DNA of 64,000 nt from Nitrosopumilus sp. (GTDB lineage: Archaea; Thermoproteota; Nitrososphaeria; Nitrososphaerales; Nitrosopumilaceae), in NCBI GenBank assembly GCA_965218785.1, contig OZ244650.1:1312001-1376000 (forward strand). Reading direction: 5' to 3'. Made by a program: the position numbers and the translations under genes. Below are positions 25,705-35,807 of the stretch, piece after piece. Positions within the stretch are counted from its first letter, which is position 1. Each line of letters opens with the position of its first letter. The notes under the pieces are model-generated. The model saw only the letters and a program-made list of their open reading frames with translations. It did not search any database and was not told the DNA's origin.

Positions 25705-27219
25705 ATGATCCAGTACCTTGAGAGAAAGTATGTCCGAAAAAATTCCATAGAAAAACGCGATTATCAGGTAAGCCTTGCAAATCAGGCCATGGATGAAAAC
25801 TGCATTGTAGTTCTGCCTACCGGTCTTGGAAAGACCGCAGTCGGACTGCAGGTGATTGCAGAATATCTCTCAAAGGGGACGGGGGGCATATTGTTTCTGG
25901 CTCCGACCAGGGTTCTGGTGCATCAGCACTATGAATTCTTGAAATCAAATCTTACTTTGGATGATATTTCACTGATAACAGGGGAGGATACCGTCCAAAA
26001 ACGCTCCAAGCTGTGGAACAACAGCGTAATCTGTGCGACTCCTGAAATCACTAAAAATGATTTGGACAGACAGCTGGTATCTGCTGACCAGTTCAGTCTT
26101 GTAATATTTGATGAGGTACATCGAACAGTCGGTGATTACGCATATTCGGGAATCGCCCAGAGATTGGAAGACTCGACTGCCAGGATTCTTGGAATGACTG
26201 CCACGCTTCCAAGTGAAAAAGAAAAGGCGACTGAGATTCTAACGAGGCTTCGAATCTCAAACGTTGCCGAAAAGACAGAGGACAGCCCCGATGTAAAACC
26301 ATACATCCAAGAAACTGTCACTCAGTGGATTAGCGTGGAACTTCCTCCGGAACTAAAGGCAATTCAAACATTGTTGAAATTGGCGTTGGATGAAAGATAC
26401 GATATGTTGAAAAAAAACGGCATCCGCCTGCTAGAACAGCAGCAATCCCTTTCTGCACTGCTTAGAATCCGGCAATTTGTATTAAACCAGAACAGGCGTT
26501 CGGCAAAACCGCTGTTCACTGCAATCCGAATCCATTATGCGCTGAACATACTTGAGGCGCACGGTATCACCCCGTTTCTGAAATTCTGTGAGCGTGCCCG
26601 GGAAAAAAAGGGCGCAGGAGTAAGGGAACTTTTTGAGGTTGATCCCAATTTTACAAGGGCGATACACCTTGCAAAGGAGGCACAGTCACGAGGAATTGAG
26701 CATTCAAAAATTCCAAAACTAAAGGAGGTAATTGAATCCGTACCCGGCAAGGCCCTCATCTTTACCAGTTACAGGGATTCTGTTGATTTGATTTACAATA
26801 AACTAACCGAGCTTGGAATTTCTGCTGGAATTCTAATCGGCAAGGCAGGTCAGACCGGTCTGAAACAGAAAAAGCAGATTGAAACGGTTCAAAAATTTCG
26901 GGACGGTCTTTTTCAGGTACTAGTTGCAACGCGGGTAGGCGAGGAGGGGCTGGATATCGCAGAGGTCAACCAGGTTATTTTTTATGATAACGTTCCAAGC
27001 TCCATCAGGTTTATTCAGAGACGGGGGAGGACCGGACGAAAGGATGCTGGAAAGTTGGTGGTGTTGATTGCCAAAAACACGATTGATGAGACATACTACT
27101 GGATTGGAAGAAGAAAAATGACTAGTGCCAAATCCATGGGCGAGAAGATGACTAGGATGCTTGAAAACAACCGGGAGACAGGATCTAAGGATGCCGCGGG
27201 ATTGGATGCCTTTGTCTAA
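25705..27219 (+). CDS. Hef/FANCM (Mph1)-like SF2 helicase, no C-terminal nuclease domain
   Basis: RDYQ, VLPTGLGKT, FDEVHR, MTAT, VGEEGLDI, IQRRGRTGR. Confidence 0.92.
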   Translation: MIQYLERKYVRKNSIEKRDYQVSLANQAMDENCIVVLPTGLGKTAVGLQVIAEYLSKGTGGILFLAPTRVLVHQHYEFLKSNLTLDDISLITGEDTVQKRSKLWNNSVICATPEITKNDLDRQLVSADQFSLVIFDEVHRTVGDYAYSGIAQRLEDSTARILGMTATLPSEKEKATEILTRLRISNVAEKTEDSPDVKPYIQETVTQWISVELPPELKAIQTLLKLALDERYDMLKKNGIRLLEQQQSLSALLRIRQFVLNQNRRSAKPLFTAIRIHYALNILEAHGITPFLKFCERAREKKGAGVRELFEVDPNFTRAIHLAKEAQSRGIEHSKIPKLKEVIESVPGKALIFTSYRDSVDLIYNKLTELGISAGILIGKAGQTGLKQKKQIETVQKFRDGLFQVLVATRVGEEGLDIAEVNQVIFYDNVPSSIRFIQRRGRTGRKDAGKLVVLIAKNTIDETYYWIGRRKMTSAKSMGEKMTRMLENNRETGSKDAAGLDAFV

Positions 27220-27641
27220 TTTTAAGACAGGTTATTTTTTCAACTGATAACTTGAACCGATATAGGATTAATCCAACCAAAGCGCAAATTTTTTTATTTA
27301 AAAGAAATTCAGACATTATACTCTCAATCATTACATAGCGTTGTTTTCGTGTAGAACAGTTAGAAATCATATCAGTTTGACACCAAACATTCTTCTGCCG
27401 CTGATGAATATGGGTAATTTCACGGTGTGTAGAATCAAAATCAGCTGTGATTTTAACACCATCTAACAAAGGATCAGCCAGATACCGTGAATCAATAGTT
27501 AATGTAATTCCATGGTTTTCATCTGTAGAATATCATTAGCTAATAACTCGTGCCATCAAATACATGATAAATCCAAGACTGCAAGTCCCAAAGCAATGTC
27601 TCAAATCCAGGAGAAAGGGAAGCCAGCGCCGAATCTGCAAA

Positions 27642-27920
27642 CTATGCGAATCTCTTGATGATGTGGTATCCGAATTCCGTTTTAACCGGCTCTGAAATCT
27701 GGCCTACCTGTAATTTGAATGCGGTTTCCTCAAAAGGCTTTACCATCATGCCCCTTGTAAAATATCCCAGATTTCCGTCCTTTTTGCCGCTTCCTGTATC
27801 TGTTGATAATTCCTTTGCAAGCCTTCCAAATTTTTCACCGTTTTTGATCCTCTCTAGTATGGATAACGCCTCACTGTGTTTTGCAACTAGTATGTGTGAG
27901 CATTTTATCTTGTTTGACAT
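27642..27920 (-). CDS. Parvulin-type peptidyl-prolyl isomerase
   Basis: IKCSHILV, GNLGYFTRGMMVKPFEE, TEFGYHIIKR. Confidence 0.95.
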   Translation of the reverse strand: MSNKIKCSHILVAKHSEALSILERIKNGEKFGRLAKELSTDTGSGKKDGNLGYFTRGMMVKPFEETAFKLQVGQISEPVKTEFGYHIIKRFA

Positions 27921-28216
27921 ACGGTTTTAGAGATGTTACATGTCTTTATTTTTTTCCATGGTCCGGCTTTTGTACGAAAAGCTGGCAGTCCAGGCTCCAA
28001 AGAACGCGCAGTTATTGACTGCCCATCACGTAATAGCATGAGAAACGACGGGTCATAATGTGCGGTGATGGATCACCAAAAATATGAAAATATCCATTGC
28101 AGTTCCCAAGATCTTCTTTTAAATAAAAGAAAGGTTTACCATCCATCTGACTCGATTCACGCTGGTAAAACCAGCAGTGGATCTGAGGATTTCATACGGA
28201 CAAACCAGTGCGAGTA

Positions 28217-28453
28217 TTACACATCATGCTTTAATGGTCTTGTCAGCTTGTATGTGCCGTTACTCATTCTCACAAAATAGGCAGGCTTTTTCTGCGGATT
28301 GCCCCTCCTGTATCTGGATGGGTAGCTTGATGCGGCCCTTGGTGATATCCTGCATGCCTTGACTAGGTCATTTGGATAAAACGGTTCCTTTAGCCTCCTT
28401 GACTTTACTGCCCTGACTATCTTGGAATATGTTGGGTATGGGTTTTTTCTCAT
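28217..28453 (-). CDS. Small basic hypothetical protein (possible wHTH)
   Basis: 78 aa, K/R-rich, ends FVRMSNGTYKL (wing-like). Confidence 0.6.
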   Translation of the reverse strand: MRKNPYPTYSKIVRAVKSRRLKEPFYPNDLVKACRISPRAASSYPSRYRRGNPQKKPAYFVRMSNGTYKLTRPLKHDV

Positions 28454-28800
28454 GGATTGATGTGATTTTTGCTTACTTTTTAGTTTTTAGGTTTGAGCAA
28501 TACTTTTATCATTCGTGGATTTTATTATTTTTTTAAAAAAAAGTACCCCGCCGGCACAATGGCAAAAAACGTCTTGCAACAATATCAACGCATTTAAAAA
28601 ACCGTTTTGAGATATCAACCCAATCCGCGGGCTGCAGATTGACCAACAACGCTGATCAAAGGCTGTTTGAGACAGTGGCGATGCCGTAACCCGATGCTCA
28701 GTGCGTGCACGGCATATCGAACCGGTTTTGCATCCATCATAATTAAAGCATGAAAATCCCTTTACTGATATTTTTTCGTGAGAATTCCGATCTGCTTGTG

Positions 28801-29085
28801 CTAAAGGGGATCCCCTTTACAAAGAACCTGACCTGTAACCCTGCTTTGGAAGTTCGGGCACACAAAACACTGGACAAAACCAGCTTCTGTCTTCAAAACA
28901 GGACAATCTACGTACTCTGCCTTCATTCTTTTGAGCATTTTTGGACTGACTCCTTTTAACTTGATCTTGCCTTTCTCATCCATCATTCCTGATGCCTTTA
29001 GTTCCGCCTTTACGCCATCGGAGAGTTTCTGTTTTTCTTCTCTTTTTTTGATGTCTACTTCATATTTGTGTTCTAATTCAGCCAT
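28801..29085 (-). CDS. Hypothetical protein with Cys cluster
   Basis: 94 aa; DCPV..QCFVCPNF..LC. Confidence 0.8.
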   Translation of the reverse strand: MAELEHKYEVDIKKREEKQKLSDGVKAELKASGMMDEKGKIKLKGVSPKMLKRMKAEYVDCPVLKTEAGFVQCFVCPNFQSRVTGQVLCKGDPL

Positions 29086-29186
29086 GACAAAAGTCTGATG
29101 TCCTGTGATTTATTGCTAACGTTTTGGATCTAGAAAAAAGTTTAAACTTTAATATAATTAGTAATTTTTTGCAGATCAGAAAACAA

Positions 29187-29837
29187 TTGTTGGTGATTTT
29201 TGACGTTGAGGGTGTCTTGTATGACGAGGAATATCTTCCGATTCTTGCCGAAAAACTCAACAAAGACGATGAAATCTGGGAAATTACAAGACAGGGAATT
29301 GAAGGCAAAATCAACTGGGAGGACGGATTAAAGACCCGTATCGCTGCCCTGAGGGGGCTGGATGAAAAAACCTGCCAGGATGTTGCAGACAAGCTGCCAA
29401 TTATGACCGGTGCAAAAGAGGCCTGCAAGGCACTCAAGGCAGCCGGATGGAAGCTCCTGGCAGTATCTGGCGGATTTACACTGATGATGGAGAGATTGCA
29501 AAAAGAGCTGGATTTGGATTACGTGTATTCCAACGAGCTGATATTCAAGGATGGAAAGCTTGAAGATGTCCTGATTAACGTCGATTCTGATAAATCAAAA
29601 TCCGCAAAGATAAAGATTGCAGAATGGGGGGAGAAAAAGGAGGATATCGTCTGTGTTGTCGATGGTGCAAATGACGTGAAATTATTTGACATCTGTGGTC
29701 TGGGCATCGCATACAGGGCGCAGGATATAGTCAAGGATATGGCCACCTCGACCCTGGAGGAAAAGGATCTCTCAAAGATTCTGGACATTATCAACAAGCA
29801 CTACAAGCTCGAACTGGAAACCACCCCCGCCGCATAA
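29187..29837 (+). CDS. serB: Phosphoserine phosphatase SerB (HAD)
   Basis: IFDVEGVL, ITRQGIEG, VSGGF, DGAND; TTG start inferred. Confidence 0.85.
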   Translation: MLVIFDVEGVLYDEEYLPILAEKLNKDDEIWEITRQGIEGKINWEDGLKTRIAALRGLDEKTCQDVADKLPIMTGAKEACKALKAAGWKLLAVSGGFTLMMERLQKELDLDYVYSNELIFKDGKLEDVLINVDSDKSKSAKIKIAEWGEKKEDIVCVVDGANDVKLFDICGLGIAYRAQDIVKDMATSTLEEKDLSKILDIINKHYKLELETTPAA

Positions 29838-29871
29838 ACAATTTTTTACTACATCAGTTTAGATAACATGC

Positions 29872-30600
29872 TTGCAAATAATTCCAATCCGTATTGAAAA
29901 GGAGGTTGAACCCGCAGATGACCTCGCCGAACTGATATTATCATCCACTCAGATCAATGATGGTGATATTCTTGTTATCGCACAAAAAATTATTTCAAAG
30001 CAGGAGGGACGAACAGTAGATCTGTCAACTATCAGACCGTCATTACTATCTGAAGGAATCGCATCACAGTATCAGAAAGATCCCAGAATCGTAGAGCTGA
30101 TAATGTCTGAAACAAAAAGGATTGTACGGATGAAAAACGGAATAATCATAGTCGAGACCAACAGCGGGTTTGTCTGTGCAAATGCCGGAGTCGATGAGAG
30201 CAATGTCCAAGACGGACATGCCACCCTGCTTCCTGTTGACTCTGATGCGGCTGCCCGGGCAATACGCGGCAAAATAAAGGATAAAACCGGCAGGGATGTG
30301 GGGATAATCATATCTGATACATTTGGCCGTCCCTTTAGAATGGGGCAGGCCAACTGTGCCATAGGAATCTCAGGACTTGATCCAATTCTGGATTATGCCG
30401 GAACGCTTGATATTTTTAAAAAACCTCTGCGCATAACTGAAATTGCCGTTGCAGATGAGCTCTCCGGTGCGGCTGAGCTTGTAATGGGAAAGGCCCTGAT
30501 GTGTCCTGTGGCGCTAATCCGCGGCTATTCATTTGAGGGGGGATGCCACACCACCGTATCTGAGTTGATCCGCCCCGAAGGCGAGGATCTATTCAAGTGA
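29872..30600 (+). CDS. cofE: Coenzyme F420-0:L-glutamate ligase
   Basis: KIISKQEGR, CANAGVDESN, SDTFGRPFR, ADEL. Confidence 0.93.
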   Translation: MQIIPIRIEKEVEPADDLAELILSSTQINDGDILVIAQKIISKQEGRTVDLSTIRPSLLSEGIASQYQKDPRIVELIMSETKRIVRMKNGIIIVETNSGFVCANAGVDESNVQDGHATLLPVDSDAAARAIRGKIKDKTGRDVGIIISDTFGRPFRMGQANCAIGISGLDPILDYAGTLDIFKKPLRITEIAVADELSGAAELVMGKALMCPVALIRGYSFEGGCHTTVSELIRPEGEDLFK

Positions 30601-30724
30601 TAACGAATCCCCAGAAAAACCAATCCTCAAGCGGAGATTCGTCTCGAGTCGTTCTTTGCCTTGAGGTATGATATCTAATTGAAATAGACTTTAATATGAC
30701 AAGACGCTCCCGATGAGATAGATC

Positions 30725-30955
30725 ATGTCTGAAGAAAAAAAATTAGATGCGACCGGACTGTATTGCCCAGAGCCCGTATTTAGAACAAAGGTTGAAATTG
30801 AACGCATGCAAGTCGGTGAAATTATTTCCGTATCTGCCGATGATCCTGCAGCCGAGGATGACATCTCCAGATGGGTTGTAAAAAGCGGCCATGAACTGTT
30901 AAAGGTCTCCAAGGATGCAGGCATAATTACATTACAGATTAAAAAGGTGAAATAG
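30725..30955 (+). CDS. tusA: TusA/SirA sulfur-carrier protein
   Basis: LDATGLYCPEP, DDPAAEDDI. Confidence 0.9.
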   Translation: MSEEKKLDATGLYCPEPVFRTKVEIERMQVGEIISVSADDPAAEDDISRWVVKSGHELLKVSKDAGIITLQIKKVK

Positions 30956-31120
30956 CCAAAAATGACCAGTTACGATATGATGCTCAATTATGTAGGGCAT
31001 GTGACTGTTGCCGGTTCCTTTCACTTTGCATTAAAACATAACAATTCGACCTACAGAGATTTGCTTGAATCAAATTTTATTGGAGACGGTTCATTTCAAT
31101 TGTATAAATAAATAGCAAAA

Positions 31121-31225
31121 CCTCCTGCCTTCGGATAAATCCTACGCCCTAGTGGCACGACAAGATGGACTTACTTGCTATGTGTATTAGTGTACAATAG
31201 CATAAAACCCTATCGTAATAGGTTC
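31121..31225. repeat. Dispersed ~100-bp repeat, copy 1
   Basis: Core caagatgga(c/a)ttacttgctatgtgtattagt..acaata(g/c)cataaaa also at about 48011-48058. Confidence 0.8.
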
Positions 31226-31276
31226 TGTAAAGTTATAGACCCAAATCACGATCTTCTCCAGATTCAAAAATGATGC

Positions 31277-31445
31277 CTATTGAGAATTGTTACTTGGTGA
31301 GGCATTTTGAATAATAGTTTTCCACTTGTTCTTACCATCTGCCTCGATCATTGAAGCCTGTGCTGGAGTTTGACCTTTCAATGCACCATGTTTTTTAGTG
31401 AAATTGTAATAAACTCTCATACCATCAAGTATGCTGGAATTGTGA
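31277..31445 (-). mobile_element. DDE transposase C-terminal remnant (IS6-like archaeal type)
   Basis: ILDGMRVYYNFTKKHGALKGQTPAQASMIEADGKNKWKTIIQNAS. Confidence 0.75.
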
Positions 31446-31652
31446 ACAATATCCAGGGGTCGCCATGATTTGTCTGGCTTTTTGCATACGGGCGTTCATG
31501 CGTAGAACCTCCTGAAGATTAAAATAGAATTAAGAGAATAAAATGATGGCTCAGAGGAAAGCGCATTTCATCATGCTTTCAGTTTGGTTCACACTCTGAC
31601 AGCCTTTTATTTTCATCATCGCCTTTTGATTCATACCTCACTATACCTATCA

Positions 31653-31688
31653 CCCATATATATACTATGGTTAATGGGTATATATGGG
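31653..31688. promoter_or_regulatory. 10-bp perfect inverted repeat containing TATA-like boxes (putative operator)
   Basis: cccatatata-N16-tatatatggg, 35 bp upstream of the zinc-finger ORF. Confidence 0.5.
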
Positions 31689-31723
31689 AATCACTTATAT
31701 CATAAAAAATTTATGGGTATTGT

Positions 31724-31867
31724 ATGAGTTTGAAGGTGGAAACGGATTATTGGAGACATGAATGTAATAGGTGTAATTATGTCTGGTATAGTAGAAATGC
31801 GTCTCCAAAGAACTGCAACAACAAGAAATGCAAATCACCATACTGGAACAAGGAACGTGTAAGATGA
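31724..31867 (+). CDS. 47-aa zinc-ribbon microprotein (not in ORF track)
   Basis: MSLKVETDYWRHECNRCNYVWYSRNASPKNCNNKKCKSPYWNKERVR; CxRCxxxW..P..C..CKSPYWN pattern. Confidence 0.75.
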   Translation: MSLKVETDYWRHECNRCNYVWYSRNASPKNCNNKKCKSPYWNKERVR

Positions 31868-32006
31868 GTAAAAAATCGGCACAGCAGAAAGCCACCCCCA
31901 GCACAGCCGGAACTTGTACTCAAAATAATGCCTAAATGTCATTTTTGGAAATCAGGCTATTCTTTAATAGAAGTTTTGCATATAACACACATGGTGAGAG
32001 TCAATT

Positions 32007-32216
32007 ATGTCTAGTAAGGAAGACGAGTTTCTAATATCAATGGAAGACTTGGAACAATACAAAGGAAAGTGGATTGCTATTCTAGATGACAAGGTAATTG
32101 CCGCAGATAAAATTCTTTCCAAGGCATATTCTGAGGCAATACGAAATTCAAAAGGCAGGTCACCCTTGTTTGAATACATACCAGAAAAACTAGATAACCA
32201 GACATTAATCCTTTAG
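32007..32216 (+). CDS. DUF5678-like small protein
   Basis: LEQYKGKWIAILDDKVIAA...YIP...TLIL. Confidence 0.8.
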   Translation: MSSKEDEFLISMEDLEQYKGKWIAILDDKVIAADKILSKAYSEAIRNSKGRSPLFEYIPEKLDNQTLIL

Positions 32217-32344
32217 ACATACACCAGAGTCAACAAGAAACGCATTTGTATAACCGGCATCGTTAATCGAACACGGCAGAATTGGATATGAACGTGTTAT
32301 GTTTTCCCCCATCTATAATAGAATGATACTTGAGTTTTTTTCAA
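32205..32344 (-). pseudogene. Retropepsin-like aspartic protease remnant
   Basis: Hand-translated (M)GENITRSYPILPCSINDAGYTNAFLVDSGV; a probable TTG start overlaps the upstream stop, with a frameshift in a G/A run; broken just after DSG. Confidence 0.6.
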
Positions 32345-32523
32345 AGTATGAGCGTTTCACATAAAGGAGAAGCAAGAATGGTGGGCATCTTTGTAGGATA
32401 TTTTTTCCCCAATTTCATTACAAGCGTATCATAATCCTTGTTTTTTAAGACAACCTTATTGTCAACAATCCCCAGCCACAACGCAGAATCCTTTTTCATA
32501 ACTTTGATTTTAATTTCTGTCAT
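32341..32523 (-). CDS. DUF5678-like small protein
   Basis: WLGIVDNKVVLKNKDYDTLVMKLGKKYP...TLIL. Confidence 0.65.
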   Translation of the reverse strand: MTEIKIKVMKKDSALWLGIVDNKVVLKNKDYDTLVMKLGKKYPTKMPTILASPLCETLIL

Positions 32524-32773
32524 ATATACACCAGCATTATTACTTTGTATTTTTTTAATAAACCTTGGGGGCTCGTAATGGCAGCATCAAGAGTTGAAAC
32601 CTTAGACATGGGTTTGATTCCCAGTCCATTATTTCCAACTGGCTCCTCTTACGCCTCTAAAACCCGTATTTGTTGTAGAGTCTGACGAAGGGTGATCAAA
32701 TCAGTCCACCAGACCCATCAGAATGTCACGACTGAGTTGGACACCCCCAAGACACGGCACATCCGAACTGCCG

Positions 32774-33256
32774 CTAGTCCCCCCCATCTAAAACCTTCTT
32801 CAGATGTCTTTCATAAAACTCCCTAAATGACGTGTTCATGTCCTTTTCATGGTCAAGACACCTGTTGCTGTGTTTGGTAATCTGCTCCTTTATCTCCCTG
32901 CTCCACTGGCTTTGCTGCATGTCCTTTGGATTAATGATTGACGGGTTTTCCTTTATCTTCTCCATTATCTCAATTAATGTCAATCCAAGCTGGTGGAATT
33001 TGCTTGCATGCAGCAGAAACATCTGCGATTCCTCATTGTTAACTAATCTCATCAGCAGATACGCCTGATGATAATACTCTGCGCCCTTTTCATTATACCT
33101 CTTAAAATCCTTGATTCTTTTCTCCCAGTATTTTTTGGACGGCTTTTTTTCCACTTTGTAACTAAACCGGATCTGACCGAGCTGCATTCCCAGCGCCGCC
33201 AGCTTGTCGCTGTGTTCCATGACTGCCTTTTTTAGGTCTTTTTTGTCCTGATCCAC
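32774..33256 (-). CDS. Hypothetical helical protein
   Basis: 160 aa ORF co-oriented with the trxB cluster. Confidence 0.75.
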   Translation of the reverse strand: MDQDKKDLKKAVMEHSDKLAALGMQLGQIRFSYKVEKKPSKKYWEKRIKDFKRYNEKGAEYYHQAYLLMRLVNNEESQMFLLHASKFHQLGLTLIEIMEKIKENPSIINPKDMQQSQWSREIKEQITKHSNRCLDHEKDMNTSFREFYERHLKKVLDGGD

Positions 33257-33285
33257 GGATTTTGATGCCTGACTTGCAATAAAGG

Positions 33286-33504
33286 TTAGAGTGTCTTCTT
33301 CTTCTTCCAGGCCTTATCTGACTCTGCCAGATAAAACATCATACAGTCCGCACAAAACGAATCCCACACGCCGATTCCCAGTCTTTTAAAGAATTCCAGC
33401 GACCAGTGATACGTCGGTATTTTTCGGTATTCGAACTGCTGGATGGTATAGATATCCTTCCTCTCAAACCGCTTCAGACATCTTTTGCACTGCGCGTCCT
33501 TCAT
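33286..33504 (-). CDS. Small CxxC...CxxC protein
   Basis: CKRC...FCADC; ATGA overlap with trxB. Confidence 0.7.
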   Translation of the reverse strand: MKDAQCKRCLKRFERKDIYTIQQFEYRKIPTYHWSLEFFKRLGIGVWDSFCADCMMFYLAESDKAWKKKKTL

Positions 33505-34505
33505 CGCTTGATGTCTGCGAGTTCCGTGAGATATTTGTCCACGTCAATTGCCGCCATGCAGCCATACCCCGCGGCAGTCACTGCCTGCCTGTAACTTTTG
33601 TCATGCACGTCTCCGGCGGCAAAGACACCTTTGACACTGGTATGTGTCTTTTCCTTTAGAACTACATATCCTTGGTCGTCTAGCTCAACTTGTCCTCCAA
33701 ATAACTTTGTGTTGGGCTCGTGTCCGATGGCAACAAAAAGCCCTCCCACGTCAAGTGTTGATTCCCCGTCTGTCTTTAAATTTTTTAGAACCGCCTGCCG
33801 CATCTTTTGGTCCCCCTTGATATCCACTATGGCAGAATTCCAGTGAAACTTTATCTTTTCATTGTTAAATGCCCTCTCCTGCATCACCTTGCTTGCACGT
33901 AGCTGGTCTCTTCTATGAACCACATGGACTGTAGTTGCAAATTTTGTCAGAAACGTAGCCTCTTCTATGGCCGAATCCCCGCCTCCTGCGACTGCCAATT
34001 CCTGGTTTCTAAAGAACGGACCGTCACATGTGGCACAGTATGAAACGCCCTTTCCTGCAAACGTTTGTTCTCCTTCCAGCCCCAGTTTTCTGGGATTTGC
34101 CCCCGTTGCAATGATCACCGCGCGCCCTTCATATTCCTCAGATGCAGTCAGAACCTTGAGCGGCTCGTGTCTGAAATCAACATCGACTGCCTCGTCATCG
34201 ACAATCGTGGTTCCCATCTTCTGACACTGCTTTCTCATATCAATCATCAGATCAGGACCCATTATCCCATTTTCAAATCCGGGATAATTCTCAACCTCGG
34301 TGGTGTTGACTAGCTGCCCTCCGGGCAGTATGCCTGAGAGAATCAACGTGTCATATCCCGCCCTTGAACAGTAGATTCCCGCCGTATATCCGGAGGGTCC
34401 CGCCCCGATAATTATTATATCAAACTTTGTCCTTGCCTTCTCTGGTGTCTTTGGTTCGTCATCCCTGGTCTCAAGGACCGTTGCACCATCGTCTGCGGCC
34501 ATCAT
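33501..34505 (-). CDS. trxB: Thioredoxin-disulfide reductase
   Basis: GAGPSG, VENYPGF, CATCDG, GGGDSA, HRRD, FAAGD. Confidence 0.96.
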   Translation of the reverse strand: MMAADDGATVLETRDDEPKTPEKARTKFDIIIIGAGPSGYTAGIYCSRAGYDTLILSGILPGGQLVNTTEVENYPGFENGIMGPDLMIDMRKQCQKMGTTIVDDEAVDVDFRHEPLKVLTASEEYEGRAVIIATGANPRKLGLEGEQTFAGKGVSYCATCDGPFFRNQELAVAGGGDSAIEEATFLTKFATTVHVVHRRDQLRASKVMQERAFNNEKIKFHWNSAIVDIKGDQKMRQAVLKNLKTDGESTLDVGGLFVAIGHEPNTKLFGGQVELDDQGYVVLKEKTHTSVKGVFAAGDVHDKSYRQAVTAAGYGCMAAIDVDKYLTELADIKR

Positions 34506-34551
34506 GTTCATCTGGGCATACTTCAATAATTTAAGTGAATATCCCCTTTAA

Positions 34552-35346
34552 TCATTTAGGGTTTACAGACGGACCATCTTTTAATTCATGTAACATCCCC
34601 TGGTGCCTTTTGCAGAGTCCCCGGTTTACCGTCTGTGAGCAAAAAAGTTCCTTCTGCCAGTGGGCATTAAACAGCCCGCAGTCTTTATCAGCACAGAATG
34701 CCTCTCCTGTCTCAAAGTACATGACTGCCTGCAGCAGGTATCGCTCTGCCATGTGTGATGTTCGTGAATCGTGGTACTCTAGAAACTCCCCCCGGTATCT
34801 TTTTTTAATTTCAGCTGCATCCTCCCCTGAAAAACACGTCATCAGATCCAGATAGTACTGCCTGGATTTTGCAGGCGCCTCGATCATTCCTGTTGTTGAG
34901 ATTATTGCGGGGTTGGATCCGATCAGCGCCCTTGCGTGATACCTAGAGTCGTTCTCATCAAAGGTACACATGAGCCTGTCTGTAAAAATTACGTGCAGGG
35001 TGTCTGTCCTGTTTTGATCTGCCGGGATGGATTCTGCTGCCGTCTTGTAGAGTTCAAATCCGTCGTATGGTACTGCCTTGCCTTGCTCGTCGATGTCTAT
35101 ATCTTGCATCTCCGCTGAAACATCCGCAGATGCTGGCTCGTATCCCTCAAGCGGTTTTTTCAAATCAAAAATACGGGCACCAGCAATCCTTTCAGAGATC
35201 TTCTCATCTGAGATCCGAAAGAGACTGTCTCTGATCTCCGTCTGTACCGGAAACGTTTTTGCAAGAAATCCGGCCAGTTTCTTTATTTGTATCTCCGCAA
35301 CCCTGGGCTCGTTATACAGGATGATTTTACGGATTTTCAATGACAT
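34552..35346 (-). CDS. Putative archaeal metallopeptidase-like protein (DUF6775-like)
   Basis: YHAR, GMIEAPAK, FC...C.LFNAHWQ, LC..H. Confidence 0.7.
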   Translation of the reverse strand: MSLKIRKIILYNEPRVAEIQIKKLAGFLAKTFPVQTEIRDSLFRISDEKISERIAGARIFDLKKPLEGYEPASADVSAEMQDIDIDEQGKAVPYDGFELYKTAAESIPADQNRTDTLHVIFTDRLMCTFDENDSRYHARALIGSNPAIISTTGMIEAPAKSRQYYLDLMTCFSGEDAAEIKKRYRGEFLEYHDSRTSHMAERYLLQAVMYFETGEAFCADKDCGLFNAHWQKELFCSQTVNRGLCKRHQGMLHELKDGPSVNPK

Positions 35347-35807
35347 GCTGTTTTTGTGACGGCATATCTTTCTAACTGATTTGAGACAACAAGGTTGCTT
35401 TTGTAGGCTGTTTAGCAGGCATCTGTATAATCAAAAAACGCACTTGGTTGTTCTCAGACAGGATTCCCAGTTGTCATTTCCGTTTTTTCTGGCATAACAA
35501 TACTGTATTGTATGCCTGTACCACGAGGAAAAGCTCCAGATATTCATGCTGTTTTGATTTATCGATATATGACTGACAGGCATTAAAACGACGTGAAATT
35601 CAAAACCGTCTGTTGCACGATACCGCGGCAGTATCGTTGTTTTAAATCCCCACGTATTGCATGGATAAACGCAGGAGATGTATAATTTGAGATTATATTC
35701 CGCAGCGCATCTGATGAATCAACAGTCACCTGCACGACATCCACCAGTCTTACCTGCAGTGATGTGAAAACAATGTGCAAGATGGTAAAACCGGCTAAAA
35801 CAATGGA

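Noticed and set aside
27185-27560. Minus-strand ORF 27185..27469 as a gene
   Set aside because: No recognisable family, overlaps the helicase end, and has stops upstream; probably a decayed fragment.
35583-35780. Possible Lrp/AsnC-like fragment
   Set aside because: Weak similarity over about 20 residues only.
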